64,000 nt of DNA from Entomortierella parvispora E1425 (GCA_020891255.1 BQFW01000002.1:186001-250000), one strand, 5' to 3'; counted from the stretch's first letter, positions 1-12,621 are shown. Numbers and translations: made by a program. Notes: generated by a model not told the origin, from the sequence alone.

Positions 1-950
1 TGTGATCTCAGTAGACAGTGTTCATTATATCTTGGATGAAGGCGGTTGGGAATTCAAGGACGAGTTCAGGGATTCGTTGTATCGTTCTCACTACCTTCGA
101 GAGATCTACCTGAAAGCCGATCCTCAGTATGATGCCCGAGTGACAGTGCCTGTGCTTTGGGACAAGAAGACCAAGACCATTGGTAAGCTTCACCCTCACC
201 CTGCGTCTGTTGGGCCCCAAAGAGGATCGAACTGCTCGATTTCAAGAATGCAACAGCCAACAACACCACTACGTGACCTTTTCTAAACACACCCCGCGTT
301 CTCTCTTCTTCCCATGCTCTCTCAGTCAACAACGAAAGTAGCGAGATCATCCGCATGTTGAACACAGCGTTTGACAAGCTTGTACCTGGGAAAGCCGGTA
401 TCAACCTTTACCCTGACCACCTCAAGGCTGAGATCGACTCTGTGAACGAATGGATCTATGACACTGTCAACAATGGAGTGTACAAATGTGGATTTGCGAC
501 CACGCAGGAAGCCTATGACAAGAATGTCTACCCGCTCTTTGAGTCCCTTGACAAGATCGGGGGCATGTTGAGCAAGTCGGATTACCTGGTGGGCAAAACG
601 CTCACTGAGGCAGATGTCCGTCTGTGGACGACAGTCATTCGATTCGATCCGGTGTACCATGGTCATTTCAAGTGCAACATCAAGGGCATCGAGAAGGACT
701 ATCCTCATATTTTGAAATGGGCCAGAAGGATCTATCAGATGCCCAAGGTCGCGGAGACGGTCAATATGAAATGGATCAAGGATGGATATTACCAATCGCA
801 CCCCAGTGTAAGTTTCTACCAATGAGAGAAAAAAAACGATGCACCTCTACGTGTTTTGACACGTTTTTGAATGCTTTTTTTTAGATGAACCCCACTCGTA
901 TCGTGGCTGCCGGTTGGGGCCCTAATCTTGCAGAACCAAAGATCGTCTAG
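1..950 (+). CDS. ECM4: Omega-class glutathione transferase / glutathionyl-hydroquinone reductase (Ecm4/Gto family), 5'-truncated by the window edge; copy 1
   Basis: Exons <1-182, 326-807, 885-950 with GT..AG introns. Spliced text has [43 protein letters not shown] and [25 protein letters not shown], typical of the Ecm4/YqjG family. Confidence 0.93.
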
Positions 951-1563
951 GCGCGCGAGAGATGAGGTTCACGCGGACGCGATAGTCCATTGGCCGTTCT
1001 TGTAGCAAATAGGGATGAATCTTGCAAGAAATAAAAAAGAAAAAAAACGGCTTTGTTGGCCTAGAATCATTACAAATACACGAGACGCCTGCGCAGTGTT
1101 GTCCATTGCTTGGTACTGTGAAGGATCGACAAAAGTATGCATCCTGCATGCAAGCGGCGCTTTGAACCCCCCGAGCCAAATCGCTTAAATGACAAATACA
1201 AGCTGGGGCGAGGGTAGGAAAGGTTGGTGAGCCTCCCTGTTCATCCCTCGGTATGGCCCCCCATTTCACGTCGTCATTTCTGTGTTTCCCCTTCTTCCTT
1301 TGTCTTTGAGGAGGTATCTGCAGAAAAAACCAACTTCTCTGGGCACGTCAAGTCGGGTGTCCTGATGCTTGTGTTTCCTCAGCCACTGCATGACAAATTC
1401 GCCCGCCAAATGAGCACATCCCATCTTTCCTCTGCCTTTGTATAAAACCCTTCGTTTATCACTTCTTGTCCTTCCACATTCTATCATTCAAACACACTCA
1501 CATCCCTCTATTCAAATACTCTGAAAGAAAAGACTCGCCTACTCATCTCAGTCTCCAACCAAC

Positions 1564-1595
<32 letters not shown>

Positions 1596-3054
1596 ATGGC
1601 GACCAGCACAAACCAAACTGTCTCTACTGCCGCCGCCGCGGACACCACGCCCACAGCGACCACCCGTGGCCCAATAACGTCTGTTAAACACGGATGGGCC
1701 AATGCCAATGGAGAGTTCAAACGCGCTCCATCGACTTTCCGTGACTGGATTCAAGACTCGCCAGATGCAAAGTTTCCCGCTGAAAAGTAAAAAGATCTCT
1801 CCCACCGCTCAGTTTCCTGCTCTTGTCTGGGAGTCATGAAAGAAAAAGGTGCTGATGGACCATGCTTATTTCTACCGGTTTTCCTTTTAGGGGCCGTTAT
1901 CATTTGTACATCTCATACGGTTGCCCATGGGTAAGGAGAGAAGCAAGGATTCTTCAGGGATTGGATTGGAAGGAAAGAATGGCAGGCAACTCGAGCATCA
2001 AAAGGATCTCATTTTTTTTGTTTTTTTTTTTTTTTTTGGGTTGGATCTTTTGGTTGGTTCAAAACCACTTAGGCACATCGAACTTTGCTGGTCCGAGCGC
2101 TTAAAGGTCTGGAGGATGTGATTTCCCTGGACTCTGTAAATTGGGTTCTAGGAGAGAACGGATGGGAGTTCAATGAGGTCTACAAGGACTCGCTCTTTGG
2201 CTCCCAATATTTGAAAGAAGTTTACCTCAAGGCCAATCCCGATTTCTCTGGACGTATTACCGTTCCTGTCCTCTGGGACAAGAAGACTGGAACCATTGGT
2301 ATGGGCAAGAAGGATCGCATGTTTGTTTTTTGTTTTTTTTCAAACGAGCCAACGGTTCTAACACAGCTTCAACTGATGACTTCATTTCTACAGTCAACAA
2401 CGAAAGCAGCGAAATCATTCGCATGCTCAACTCTGCCTTTGACAAGTTTCTGCCCGAGGCCTCCCAGGGTGTCAACTACTACCCTCCAAAGCTCCAACCG
2501 CAGATCGATTCCGTGAACGAATGGATCTATGACACTATCAACAATGGCGTGTACAAATCTGGATTCGCCACCACTCAGGAGGCCTACGAGAAGAATGTTT
2601 ACCCACTCTTTGAATCCCTGGACCGGGTCGAGGCCATCCTGGCAGAATCGGGTGATTACCTGGTCGGACATACTCTGACTGAGGCGGATATTCGATTGTG
2701 GCCCACAATCGTCCGTTTTGACCCCGTATACCATGGCCATTTCAAGTGCAACATCAAGGGCATCGAGAAGGATTACCCTCATATCTTGAGGTGGGCACGT
2801 CGCATCTACCAGTTGCCCAAGGTTGCGGACACGGTCAAGATGCAGTACATCAAGAATGGGTACTACTCAGCCGTCAGTGTAAGTTTGAGCCAAAAAAAAA
2901 AAAAAAAAAAAAAAAAAATCGAAAGGAAGACTCGACAATGAGAACTGAAGGACACAATTGACCATGTACCCTTTATTTCATGACAAACCAGATCAACCCA
3001 ACCCGCATCGTTCCTGCCGGCAATGGCCCCAACTTGGCCGAGCCCAAGATCTAA
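1596..3054 (+). CDS. ECM4: Omega-class glutathione transferase / glutathionyl-hydroquinone reductase; copy 2, complete
   Basis: Exons 1596-1786, 1891-1930, 2073-2298, 2394-2878, 2992-3054, frame-consistent. Contains [11 protein letters not shown], the catalytic [16 protein letters not shown] and [13 protein letters not shown]. Confidence 0.95.
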
Positions 3055-3146
3055 ATTAGAAACTTCGATTACATTGACACCAGCCATATATTCACATGAA
3101 ATTAAAACTACTGTAAATTCTTGAGAAAAAAAAAAGATCGCCGCGT

Positions 3147-5748
3147 TTACGTCATACTATCTCTTCTAGCACGCTCCTTCTCAGCCCTGAACTCCTTTCG
3201 TTCTCGCTCCTGCTCTTCGCTTCCTTCCCAATACGTGCTGTTCTCCTTATCTGCATCTGCGGAAGTACTGCTTTCGTCTCCGATGAAATCCACCTTGGCT
3301 GTGCCGCTGACGTCTGCACTTCCTGCCCGGCGCACAAACTCGTCCACATGTTGAACAGCCAGCTCGGGGGTCTTTTTGTAGCCCATGAGGAATCCTTGAA
3401 GCTGAGCAATCGAATAGGTCTGATCCGGAATCGCCTCTGCAAACTTGGCCGCGAGAACTTCTGTTTGCTCCTTTGTCAGTCGTGATCCAGAAGGCGCGCC
3501 TCCAATAGTACCAGCGACCTCGGGCGGACACTTTTCAGTCAGGAAAGGTTTGGTTTCTTCATTCGTGACAAACTTGTCCTTTTCTAAAGTCTTTTTCGAT
3601 TCCGCCTCTGTAGACTGTGGAGACTTGAGATCTAGGAGAGGTGCGGCAGTTGTGACAGTTGGTTGAGGGAAGAATTTTGTAAAAAGCTCCTGAGCTTGAG
3701 ATTTGGTGGCCTTTCCGAATCGAGCCCGCACATCAACACGTCCTGGACGGATCAATGCCTCATCCAAGCGGTCCAGATGGCTAGAAGGAGATGAGGGAAC
3801 ACATAGGTTAATGTGTCGTGTCTGGATCAATGCAGAAGACTTAGAGGGTCTTGGACATACTTAGTTGTCATGCACAGAATACGGCCCTCCTGCGCAGAGA
3901 CACCATCGACCGAGTTGAGTAGTCCTGAAAACGTAATTCCTACAGCTGCATCCTTGGACTCTCGTTGTACAAAAGCCGCATCCACATCCTCGATCAGCAG
4001 TAGGCAACGCGTTGGTGTCTCTGAAACGAGCTCAGACAAGGTGTCATCGGTGATGGTTTTGCTAGACAGGTTGACGACGTAGATGTTGAGACCAAGTTCT
4101 CCTGCAAGTGCGTGGATAAAAGAAGTCTTTCCTGTTCCAGGTGATCCATAGAGAAGAAGCTAGAATGGAGTTTTCGAGAAACATATAAGTGAGCACACAA
4201 GGTATTTTGACTAGGCTCATCCATATGTCTGAACAACTTACACCGCGGCGGAAAGGCAAACCTCTTTCCGCATACCAGCTCTCACTTGCAAGGAACTCTT
4301 TTGCATCATTGACAATATAATTTTTCAACTTTGGGTCCATAACAATTGTATCCAGCGGTCTAGATCATAGGATCAACGAGAATATAAGTAAAATGCCCGT
4401 AGTTCCCACCAATCTGGCTGATATGAACGATCTCCCTCCCTCCTCCTCTTCTCCTAAGGAATTATTGAACATACCTCTTTGGTCTAGACTTTGTACGTCT
4501 CCAGTTTCCATATTGATCAGCAGCAAAAATGACTGTCCTGGCCTTGTCGCGATCGATAAACTTGCTCTGAGCCTCCATGATTAATGACTGAATTAAATCT
4601 CTAGAACGTCCGAGAGTGCTAATGGTGATATTTTCGACTGCGGGTCCTCCTGAAGTCGCCACAGTGGAACCACTGGGTCGAACACGCTCACGATACATCT
4701 GCAAGAGAAGAGCGGATAAAATTAGATTCGTGTCTAGGATGAGGGATATGTCATGCGGTGTCATTCTACAGAATGTCGCCACTTACCCAGAGCAGGCGGT
4801 TCTTGTACCAAAAGAAATGAAGGCCTACAGTGAAAACGTCCACAAACGTTAATATCCATCACTGCCGGAAGCCCTCCGAGACGATGGGCGCAGGCTCTTC
4901 TGGGATCCACAAAGAGAGACAAGAGCAAACTGCAGTACCTGGTGCAGGTAGAAAATAAGTCGTAGCGGTGATTCCGTCGCCTCCCTCTCCATTAATCTTT
5001 TGTGCTCCACGAGCAATAGTTGTAGAGACCGAGAACTGAGTAGCCTTTTTGGCGTAAGGATGGTCGCTGAGCCAGTTCTAGTTTATGAAACATGAAAACG
5101 ATGTCAGCTTGCTGGCCTTGTATTCACCCCACTCAGTCGAAATAAAAGAGAAAAAAATAGCATGAGAATGCAATACCAAGATCCAGCTGTAGGACTCATC
5201 CCTAGAGTCAAACTCTGCAGTGACCACGATTCTTTTTTTGATATAGTCGAGTGCATGCGATCCAAGAAGACGTACTCCTCTATTTTTGTTCAAAAGGCAT
5301 TGGGTCGTCTTTGTGAGCCTCATATTTCCACGCATTGGCTTTTTACTCGGATTTCGTTCGATTTCACTTACGCCAGAATACCTCCGATCAAAGCCAGTTG
5401 AAACCCTCCAGCGGCAAACTGGTTGTCGCCCAATCCAAGTTTCTCGCTTGCCGATGATACCATCTTGCCAATGTCCTGGGCACCGTCTGGAAGTGCAGAG
5501 TAGGCTCTCTGGCTGGTCATAGCCACACCCCCCACCAGGGCCGATCGTCCAAAGGAGCCCAAACTGGAGACCAAAAAGGGCCTTCCGGAAGAAGAGGCAG
5601 CGGCGACTGAAGACAATCCGGTCCCCGCAAAGGACTTGAACCCCATGCCAAGACCTAGCATTCCTGGGGCAGAGGAGGACAAAAGAAGGGGCACAGAGGT
5701 TGGACAGGTAGCCAAGGAAGCCATCGAGATCCGACCCAGGTGCGCCAT
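3147..5748 (-). CDS. BCS1: Mitochondrial AAA chaperone BCS1-like
   Basis: Eight frame-consistent exons: 5748-5372, 5279-5177, 5077-4939, 4824-4787, 4698-4475, 4359-4242, 4159-3861, 3780-3147. Motifs: AEFDSRDESYSWIL, HFFWYKNR, WYAERGLPFRRG, Walker A GSPGTGKTS, Walker B LLIEDVD, TFSGLLNSVDGV, ALIRPGRVD. Confidence 0.93.
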
Positions 5749-6031
5749 TAAGGGGAAGGGAGGAGGGTGTGAATCAGATCAGCGTTGTAGCTTTCAGGAC
5801 AGATTCTCTGGTGTAGGCAATGGATCAATGAGAATGAGGAAGGGGAGAATGCAAGGAGTGGATCAGCCAAGAGAAAACGCGTCGCGTCGGACAGAGGACT
5901 GGAGGCAGAGTGAAGAGAACAGTCAGCAGTCACCCCTTCCTTTCTTTCTGAAGACGCCTGGCCCTTTGTTCCCTTTCTTCATTCATTCATTCATTCATCC
6001 ATTCCTGTCGCCTGCTCATTAGTCAACAAAC

Positions 6032-7098
6032 ATGTCAAACCCTTCTTCAAGGCAACCCATCTCCAGTTCAGCTGGGATTGACAGTCGTCGCTCTATAGAC
6101 AAGGAACTCAACCAGGAGGCTGCTGGAAAAGGCAACAGCACCGTCCATGGTAGGTACACTTTGACCCCAACGACGATCACCTTCAACATAGAATACCATC
6201 CGTTGCTCCCCTTCCTTCATTTGAAGATTACAAAAAGCACCTTCGAGTTTTATCGCTCATGTGGAGACAACATCTATTTCACTATCTTAGGTATCCCACC
6301 CTTCACTGTTCCTCGTGCAGACGGCACTCTTGAGGCCAGTCCCGAGATCCAGTCCAACAACGAGCCCCGGACTGCAACGGCCCGTATGATGCGTCGCCGA
6401 CAGAACGAAATCAGTAGAGGCGATCAAGACGGCGACGGCAACTATACAAATCAACAAGGACACCGAGATGGCAAAAACCAGAACGACCCTTCAGATAAAC
6501 ATGATGGGTCCAATCGAGCTGGATCTGATAGACACGGCAGCGGCAGCAGTGGAAGCGGAGGACTCGCAGGATACACGTCAAGAAGACCCTTCCTGCAGAG
6601 GATCCGAAAGGCGTTCATGCCAACGCTCATTGGCGGTATTTTGGGTTGGTACTATGACGCGACTAGTGTGTTGATCTACAGGACGGATGCTCGCATCAAA
6701 GGGTACGTTTCTTTCTCTAAAACGCCTCTTTCCCCAAACAATAATTCACATATCAGGAAGTCGTCAGGACACAATGAACCTAACTATCTCCTTTTTTTTT
6801 TTTTTTTTTTTGAAATGACCTCAGGAATCTCTTGACATTCTCGCTTCTCTGTCTGATGACGATGTTGAGTATCTTTTTCTATCTTGAATTCATCCGCCCT
6901 CGAGTCCTCAAGCGACCTACTGTCTACGTAAACTGGGAAAAGGAATTGCTTTACCCTGTTCGGATTGCAACGGCCTCACTGGTGATGGGCGTCTTTGGAT
7001 CCATCATTGCCCTCTGGCCCGTTTGGCATCTCTCCACGATATTTGTCCTGACAGCAATAGCCGTAGCCATTGTGAACGTCCTAGGTATCTTCTTTTAG
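6032..7098 (+). CDS. TMEM128-like multi-pass membrane protein with a disordered N-terminus
   Basis: Exons 6032-6149, 6291-6702, 6825-7098. The first intron (141 nt) is in frame and stop-free, so retention is possible. C-terminal segments SIFFYLEF and IATASLVMGVFGSIIALWPVWHLST resemble animal TMEM128 as I recall it. Confidence 0.7.
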
Positions 7099-7250
7099 CC
7101 TTGAACTTCCAGCATATTCATACTTGAAGATAAAATATAATCCCATGTACCCAGAATCAAATGTTTTCTTTTTGTGTGAATTTATTTGTTTTTGTGGCGA
7201 CTGAGCTGCCCTGGTATGTCTTTTGAGTAGGTGGTATGCTGATGATAGTT

Positions 7251-9791
7251 CTAGTTCAACTTGGACGCTTCCAGGCGCAAACGCTCGTCCTCTGCAACAT
7301 CGGAGCTAGTAGTTCATTTGTGAGTGGAAGAGAAAAAGGTCAGCATCTGCAGATTTTGAAGATTATCCTTTTGTCTCTCCTTTTCTGCAGGTAGACTTAC
7401 AAAGGATCACTTCTAAAAGCAGGAGATCTACTTGACGCAGATCCTGTTCGGCTGCCAGCGTTTGATCGATGAGAGTTGGACCGACCGCCTGCCTCCAAAT
7501 CATCATCGCGGTCATCATCCTGGTCATCCTCATCCTCGTCCTCCTCTTCGCCGATATCAAACATGGCGACCTCATCATCCTCCAACTCGTAGTCGCGTCT
7601 CTGGGGACGAAGCTTCATGCCTGTCAATCCCATGGACTCGGCAGCCCTGGCATTGTTGTGATCCGCATGCTCGTCTGCCTCGTCAAAATCATCCTGTTCC
7701 AATTGCTCAATTCCATAGCGCTATAGATTGGATATAGTCAATGAGCGATCAGCATGTCATAAAACAAAAAAGCCTATTTCGCGCTCATTCAAATAAATAC
7801 TGAACAAATCTCAAGAAAAAAAGTTACCTTGTTGTTCTCAGTGGGTCTCCAGAGAATGACGATGGTCACAAAGACAAAGAGATACAGAATGTTCAACCAT
7901 CCATCGAGCAAGAACCATTTGATGCGCCAATATGAAGCAGGCCAGTCAGGATCCGTCATGTTCATAAAGTTGAACGTGTTGATCACAAAGAACGCGCACA
8001 AGACAGTCAGCGAAAAGACCAAGAGACGCCACAAGCGGGTGTACATCTTGACCTTCTCGGTCTGACGACGCAAATTGAGCGTAGAAATGGTCGAGGTAAG
8101 CGATTGCAAAGTCCAAATGTAAAAGCTGGTCATGGTCAAGGCCAAGGGCACAACGACTATGAGCACAATCATGGCGCTGACATCCTCGACGGGCGACATT
8201 GTTCCAGCAGAGTAGATGATTCCAAACAAAAAGTGCGCCAAACTCAAAATAATGACTTTCTTCATCGTGCCTCCAAGCGTTGGCCTATGATCGGAGAGTT
8301 TCAACATAGGTCAGTGGGTTTGTACGACAATGGCCGTAATCTTGACCAGATTGTCTGAGATCGATCCTTACAAGACAACACCATATCCCATGGAGACAAT
8401 GAGTAGCATGAAGAGCGAAATACTGTTTCTTCCTGAATTAAGGATGGCAACCATGACCAACAATGCAATGGCTAAGAAAAGAAGACAAAGGTCAGGGCTC
8501 TGAAACTTTTGACAGAGAACAATTCCTCCTTTTACAACTTACAAGGTTTCCCGGTCTTGTTATAGTCATCCCAGAAGCCCCAGTTAAACGCCATTTCGAC
8601 CATTAAGAAGAGAATCACTCCAGAAATGATATGTTGAATCGTCAAGATCTCGCGCCAGTGTTTGGCGCACAGAATCATCCAGGTGATGCCGACGAATGTA
8701 TAGACCAAAGACAAGGCACCGTAGAACTAATGAGTGTGAAAGAGTCGAGTTAGCTGTCAGTTCTATGCCCCGCTTGTTGCTCCTCATGACACGTCATGAT
8801 CTATTCTTACGGGCAACTTTGGGAAGTCCGATCCAGCGAGCTGCCCAAATTTGTTCTTGAATTCGACCACACCAGTATACTGTGCCTCAACCCCGTTAAC
8901 TTCCATGGGCCAGGTCCTTGCGCAATAGTATCCTGTCTTCGGGACACGGTATTCCATGTATTGAATTCCACTTTCCTCCTCCGTGGTAAAGTTGAAGACA
9001 CCTGTCTGAATTGTTGAAGCAACCGACTTGTCATAGAGTACAGTGCCGAGCTCTTGCTCTGTGCAAAGCTCCGCTCTCACGGCGACACTATCGCACACGT
9101 ATCTTGTCTAATTGGAAGAAAGGGGTTGGAAACGCGTCAATACAAGAACGATCTTCACTCAACCCTGGGCGTTAATCTACAGGGGTTTAAAAGTCCGAGG
9201 AATTCTCAGGGGTCGGCTGTGGACCCTTTCTTTTTTTTTTTTTTTTTGTCGGTTGATCGACCCGCCTTTTGGTCCTTCTCTTACCTCTCCGTCGGCGTCA
9301 GTCTTTCCGACAAGGTTGTTGTCATTCCACTCGTAGATAACCGCAACAGCGTTTCCTCTCGATTCTGGGTCCATGACAACTGATACAAGGCGTTAAATCG
9401 CCAGATGATAAGGGCACACGCGTTAGTTCTTCCCTACTTTCTCTGTGATGAGGTCATTGTTACAGCCGGGCTGTAGAAACTTATAGACGGGGCGTACCTG
9501 CAATCTCGCTTTGGTTGTTGCTATAGTAAACGCCTCCGCAGGCATAGTCGTAATCGTCGCTGCTCTATAGGGGGGTGGATATATAAGGGTGAATATTTGG
9601 GCTCGGTTATGCACGACGGGTTCCATGTCGCAGGGCGGTGACCCAATTAGGTTCCCGATGGTGGATGTACAAGAACAGTAAACGGGTAAACATACAATGT
9701 AGTCTTTGAATGCCTCGGAGAGGGAGACATTGAGGAGGAGCACCGCAAGGGTGAGGACCAGCATGCGGTGAAGTGATCTCATGGGTGCCAT
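7251..9791 (-). CDS. PTM1: Lung seven-transmembrane receptor family protein (PTM1/GPR107-108-like), multi-exon
   Basis: Signal peptide MAPMRSLHRMLVLTLAVLLL. Segments NKFGQLAGSDFPKLP, WMILCAKHWREILTIQHII and WRIKWFLLDGWLNILY..LWRPTENN. Acidic tail; last exon 7305-7251 (DPFSDVAEDERLRLEASKLN*). Internal exon boundaries were not all resolved. Confidence 0.88.
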
Positions 9792-10278
9792 GACGAGACC
9801 GCGCGAGAGTGAGGGTTCAGGAAGACGGGTTCACAGGGACGTAGCTATTGACGTGTCGCAGTTGGAAAAGATAGTGAGTGGCACAGTGAATGTAGGATGG
9901 AGAAGATGGAGAAGATGATGATGAAGAGGAGAAAGTTGAAGCAAGAAACGGAACAGGGTCGAGGCGAGAGCACACAGCCAACGTGTGGATAAATGAAATC
10001 AATCTTGGCCCGTCCGTCAGTCTGGCCAGACTGGATTGGATTCCTGCGCCCAATGTGCCGACCAGGCGGCCATCTTGTCACCGGATTGGCGCAATCGCAC
10101 TTGCTGCCACAGAGCAGCGCAGAAAAGGGCTTTCCATGCATGCATCCCTTGTTCCTTCCTTCCTGTCTTTCATTTATCCTTCCCCCCTTCCCTTCCTTGC
10201 TGCCTCAACATCGACTGCAGCAAAACACTCAAACACCACACACCCCAACCCAACACACCTACACACTCACACACAACC

Positions 10279-11276
10279 ATGGGTTGCGACGGAGGCTCCA
10301 TCCCCAGACGAGACGAACTTGTCAAGCAAAAGCAAAAGCAGGCCAAGGTCGACCAGAGTATCCTCAACAGGGTCCACTGGTTCTCCTGCGCCCTCTCCAA
10401 AAAGGCCCTGGCCTCGCCGGTGGTTGCATGCGGACTCGGAAAGCTCTACAACCGGGATGCCATTCTGGAATTCCTCCTCGACAGAACCGCCTATGGCGAT
10501 GGTGACAAGATTTGTCAGCACATCAAGTCCCTCAAGGACGTTGTGACTCTGCAGCTCGAGCCCAACCCTTCCTTCTCAGAGACTCAGTCCAACAGCCTGA
10601 CAGACCACGACAAGGAGCCTGTTGCGCGCTATGTGTGCCCGATCACGATGAAGGAAATGAATGGCAAATATCGCTTTGTCTACTTGGACACTTGTGGCTG
10701 TGTCATGTCCGAGCAGGCAATGAAGGAGATCCCCTCAAAGACTTGTATCAAGGTAGGTCGTTCAGATTATAGAGTCGAGTCTCCCCGGTCTTGTTTCTTT
10801 TCATAAGCAATCAATACTGATATTTTTTCCTCCTTCGATGAATGTTATAGTGTACGAAACCCTTCGAGTCTTTCAATGTGATCGTCCTGAACCCTAAGGA
10901 GGATGAACTGGAGGCTATGGAACTGGCCCTTTTGGAGAAGCAGGCTAGGATCTTGGCGGAGAAAAAGGAAAAGAAAAAGTCCAAGGCAAGCAAGAAGGAG
11001 TCGGACGGCGTGGAATCTTCTAAATCCTCCAACAAGCGTAAATTGGACAGCAGTGAGGAGTCGTCAGCAAAGCACAAGAAGCAACATCTTGCAGCCAGCA
11101 ACTACCCTTCGCCACCTCCAACTCAGACTGTGTCATCAACCCATTCACTTACGGCGGCTGTGGCGGCTAAGGTGGCAGAGCAGATGGCAGTAAACGCTTC
11201 TCGAAAGACGTCGAGCGCCATTCAGTCTCTATACAACACTGGAAAGGTTCACAAGGAGAATTTCATGAACAGATAA
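10279..11276 (+). CDS. RTF2: Replication termination factor 2 (Rtf2, RING-like)
   Basis: Exons 10279-10752 and 10851-11276 (299 aa). Signature start MGCDGGSIPRRDELVK, then CALSKKAL, GKLYNRDAILEFLL, CPITMKEMNGKYRFV and CGCVMSEQA. Confidence 0.95.
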
Positions 11277-11881
11277 CTTCCATCTAGTTTTGTGTTCTCT
11301 GAGATATCCTTCGCCCTTTCTACCTTGTATAATATTCTGTAGTTCTATAGCCCTTCTATAAACCCTCGAACCAAAGCAAACATATTAATCAAGGTCGAAT
11401 GTTGAGGTGCTGCCTGGCGGGCCAGAGTGATGTGGAATTCTCTTTCATAGACATTGACGAGATCTATATATCTTGACCATTGGTTTTCTACTCGTGGGTT
11501 TCATTGGCGGGGACAAAAATAAGATGTTTATATGATCTTCTCGTGACGTGCGGTGACGGCATCTCTCATTTTGCAAGATGCCCACCATTGCATCGAGATA
11601 CTAATCGCACTCTACTGATTCCGTAGTCAGCGGAAGGGACTTATGGTCATTGGTAGGCGCCCGTTGAGGAACGGCTCCTCCTTTTTGATTGAGCACACTG
11701 TGGACAGGTTTTGATAGAAAGAACCAACATCTGAATGGGAAAGGCACCACTGTCCACTAGTAGGCATCGCACGAACATTACACCTTGATCTTTTGGCGCT
11801 CTATGACGACCACCTAAAAGGCAATGAAGACCTCTTCAGTCCAAACAAATAAATCTCTCTGGCGTTCTTTGGGAAGACCTC

Positions 11882-12035
11882 GGATCATTTCATCCGTCGA
11901 ATCGAATAAATATCGGATCGAATCGAGTCGAATCGTATGAATCTCCTACGCGACAGGGTTCGAATCGAATCGGCTCTGTGTTCGATTCCAGAAAGTCGAG
12001 TCGAATTCGAACGAGCCTTATCCGACTCTATTCGC
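11882..12035. repeat. Degenerate TCGAA/TCGAG pentamer array downstream of tRNA-Trp
   Basis: Read directly: gtcgaatcgaat..atcggatcgaatcgagtcgaatcg..gttcgaatcgaatcgg..gtcgagtcgaattcga. Confidence 0.8.
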
Positions 12036-12215
12036 CCGCTGCTGATAATACATGCTTGGCAGAAAAAAAAAACATTGAGTTGAGCTGTGGAAGCAGCCTC
12101 CGCTGGCGCCACAGACAAACCATTTGTGGTGTTTGCGCATCACAAAACATGCAGACGACGCGTTACGCCCTCGTAGCTTTCCCAGCGATTGCTGGCTAGG
12201 AAAAAGAAAAAAGAA

Positions 12216-12288
12216 TGGAGAATGAGAGACTTGAACTCCCGACCTTCCGCTTTGGAGACGGACGCGCTGCCAATTGCGCCAATCCTCC
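12216..12288 (-). tRNA. trnW-CCA: tRNA-Trp (CCA), intronless
   Basis: Reverse complement GGAGGATTGGCGCAATTGGCAGCGCGTCCGTCTCCAAAGCGGAAGGTCGGGAGTTCAAGTCTCTCATTCTCCA folds into a full cloverleaf (acceptor GGAGGAT/ATTCTCC, D stem GCGC/GCGC, anticodon loop CTCCAAA, TTC loop). It is followed by an oligo-T Pol III terminator. Confidence 0.96.
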
Positions 12289-12348
12289 TGTCATTTAATC
12301 TGATTGGATAATAGGTTTATTTCTGAGTTATCTTTGTACCAACCATGC

Positions 12349-12380
12349 GATAGATCACGTGCTAGATAGTCACGTGATCA
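12349..12380. promoter_or_regulatory. Tandem E-boxes (ATCACGTG, GTCACGTG), about 70-90 bp upstream of tRNA-Trp
   Basis: CACGTG at 12356-12361 and 12371-12376; both match the Cbf1/USF-type RTCACGTG consensus. Function is inferred. Confidence 0.55.
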
Positions 12381-12484
12381 TCTGGCGAAATTTCATATGT
12401 ACCTCTTTTAATGAAATTATCGAACCTTTCGAAAGTGAAACTGATTGGATTGGATCAACTCCTGCAGATATTGTGCTCAATTGC

Positions 12485-12621
12485 TTCGACAGCTATCCAA
12501 CTTGACAGGGATTCGACCCGACTTGACTTGTATTCGACCTGACTTATATTCGATTCGACAGAGATTCGACCGGACTTGTATTCGACCCGACTTATACTGA
12601 TTCGACAGGGGTTCGACTCGA
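12485..12621. repeat. Higher-order tandem repeat (~50 bp unit, about 2.3 copies) built from ATTCGAC/GACTT submotifs
   Basis: Units start at gacaggg 12504, gacagag 12557 and gacaggg 12604. Internal attcgacccgactt / attcgacctgactt / attcgaccggactt. Confidence 0.82.

Noticed and set aside
1566-1594. Long A/T homopolymers near start codons and in introns throughout the window
   Set aside because: Ubiquitous here, with no target-site duplications to suggest retroposed inserts. They probably reflect genome style, and lengths may be affected by sequencing error.
11951-11972. GGTTCGAATC as a second tRNA gene
   Set aside because: No A-box, D-arm or acceptor-stem pairing upstream; it is part of the repeat array.
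11882-12621. CRISPR-like array
   Set aside because: Eukaryotic context, no constant repeat with unique spacers, and no cas genes.
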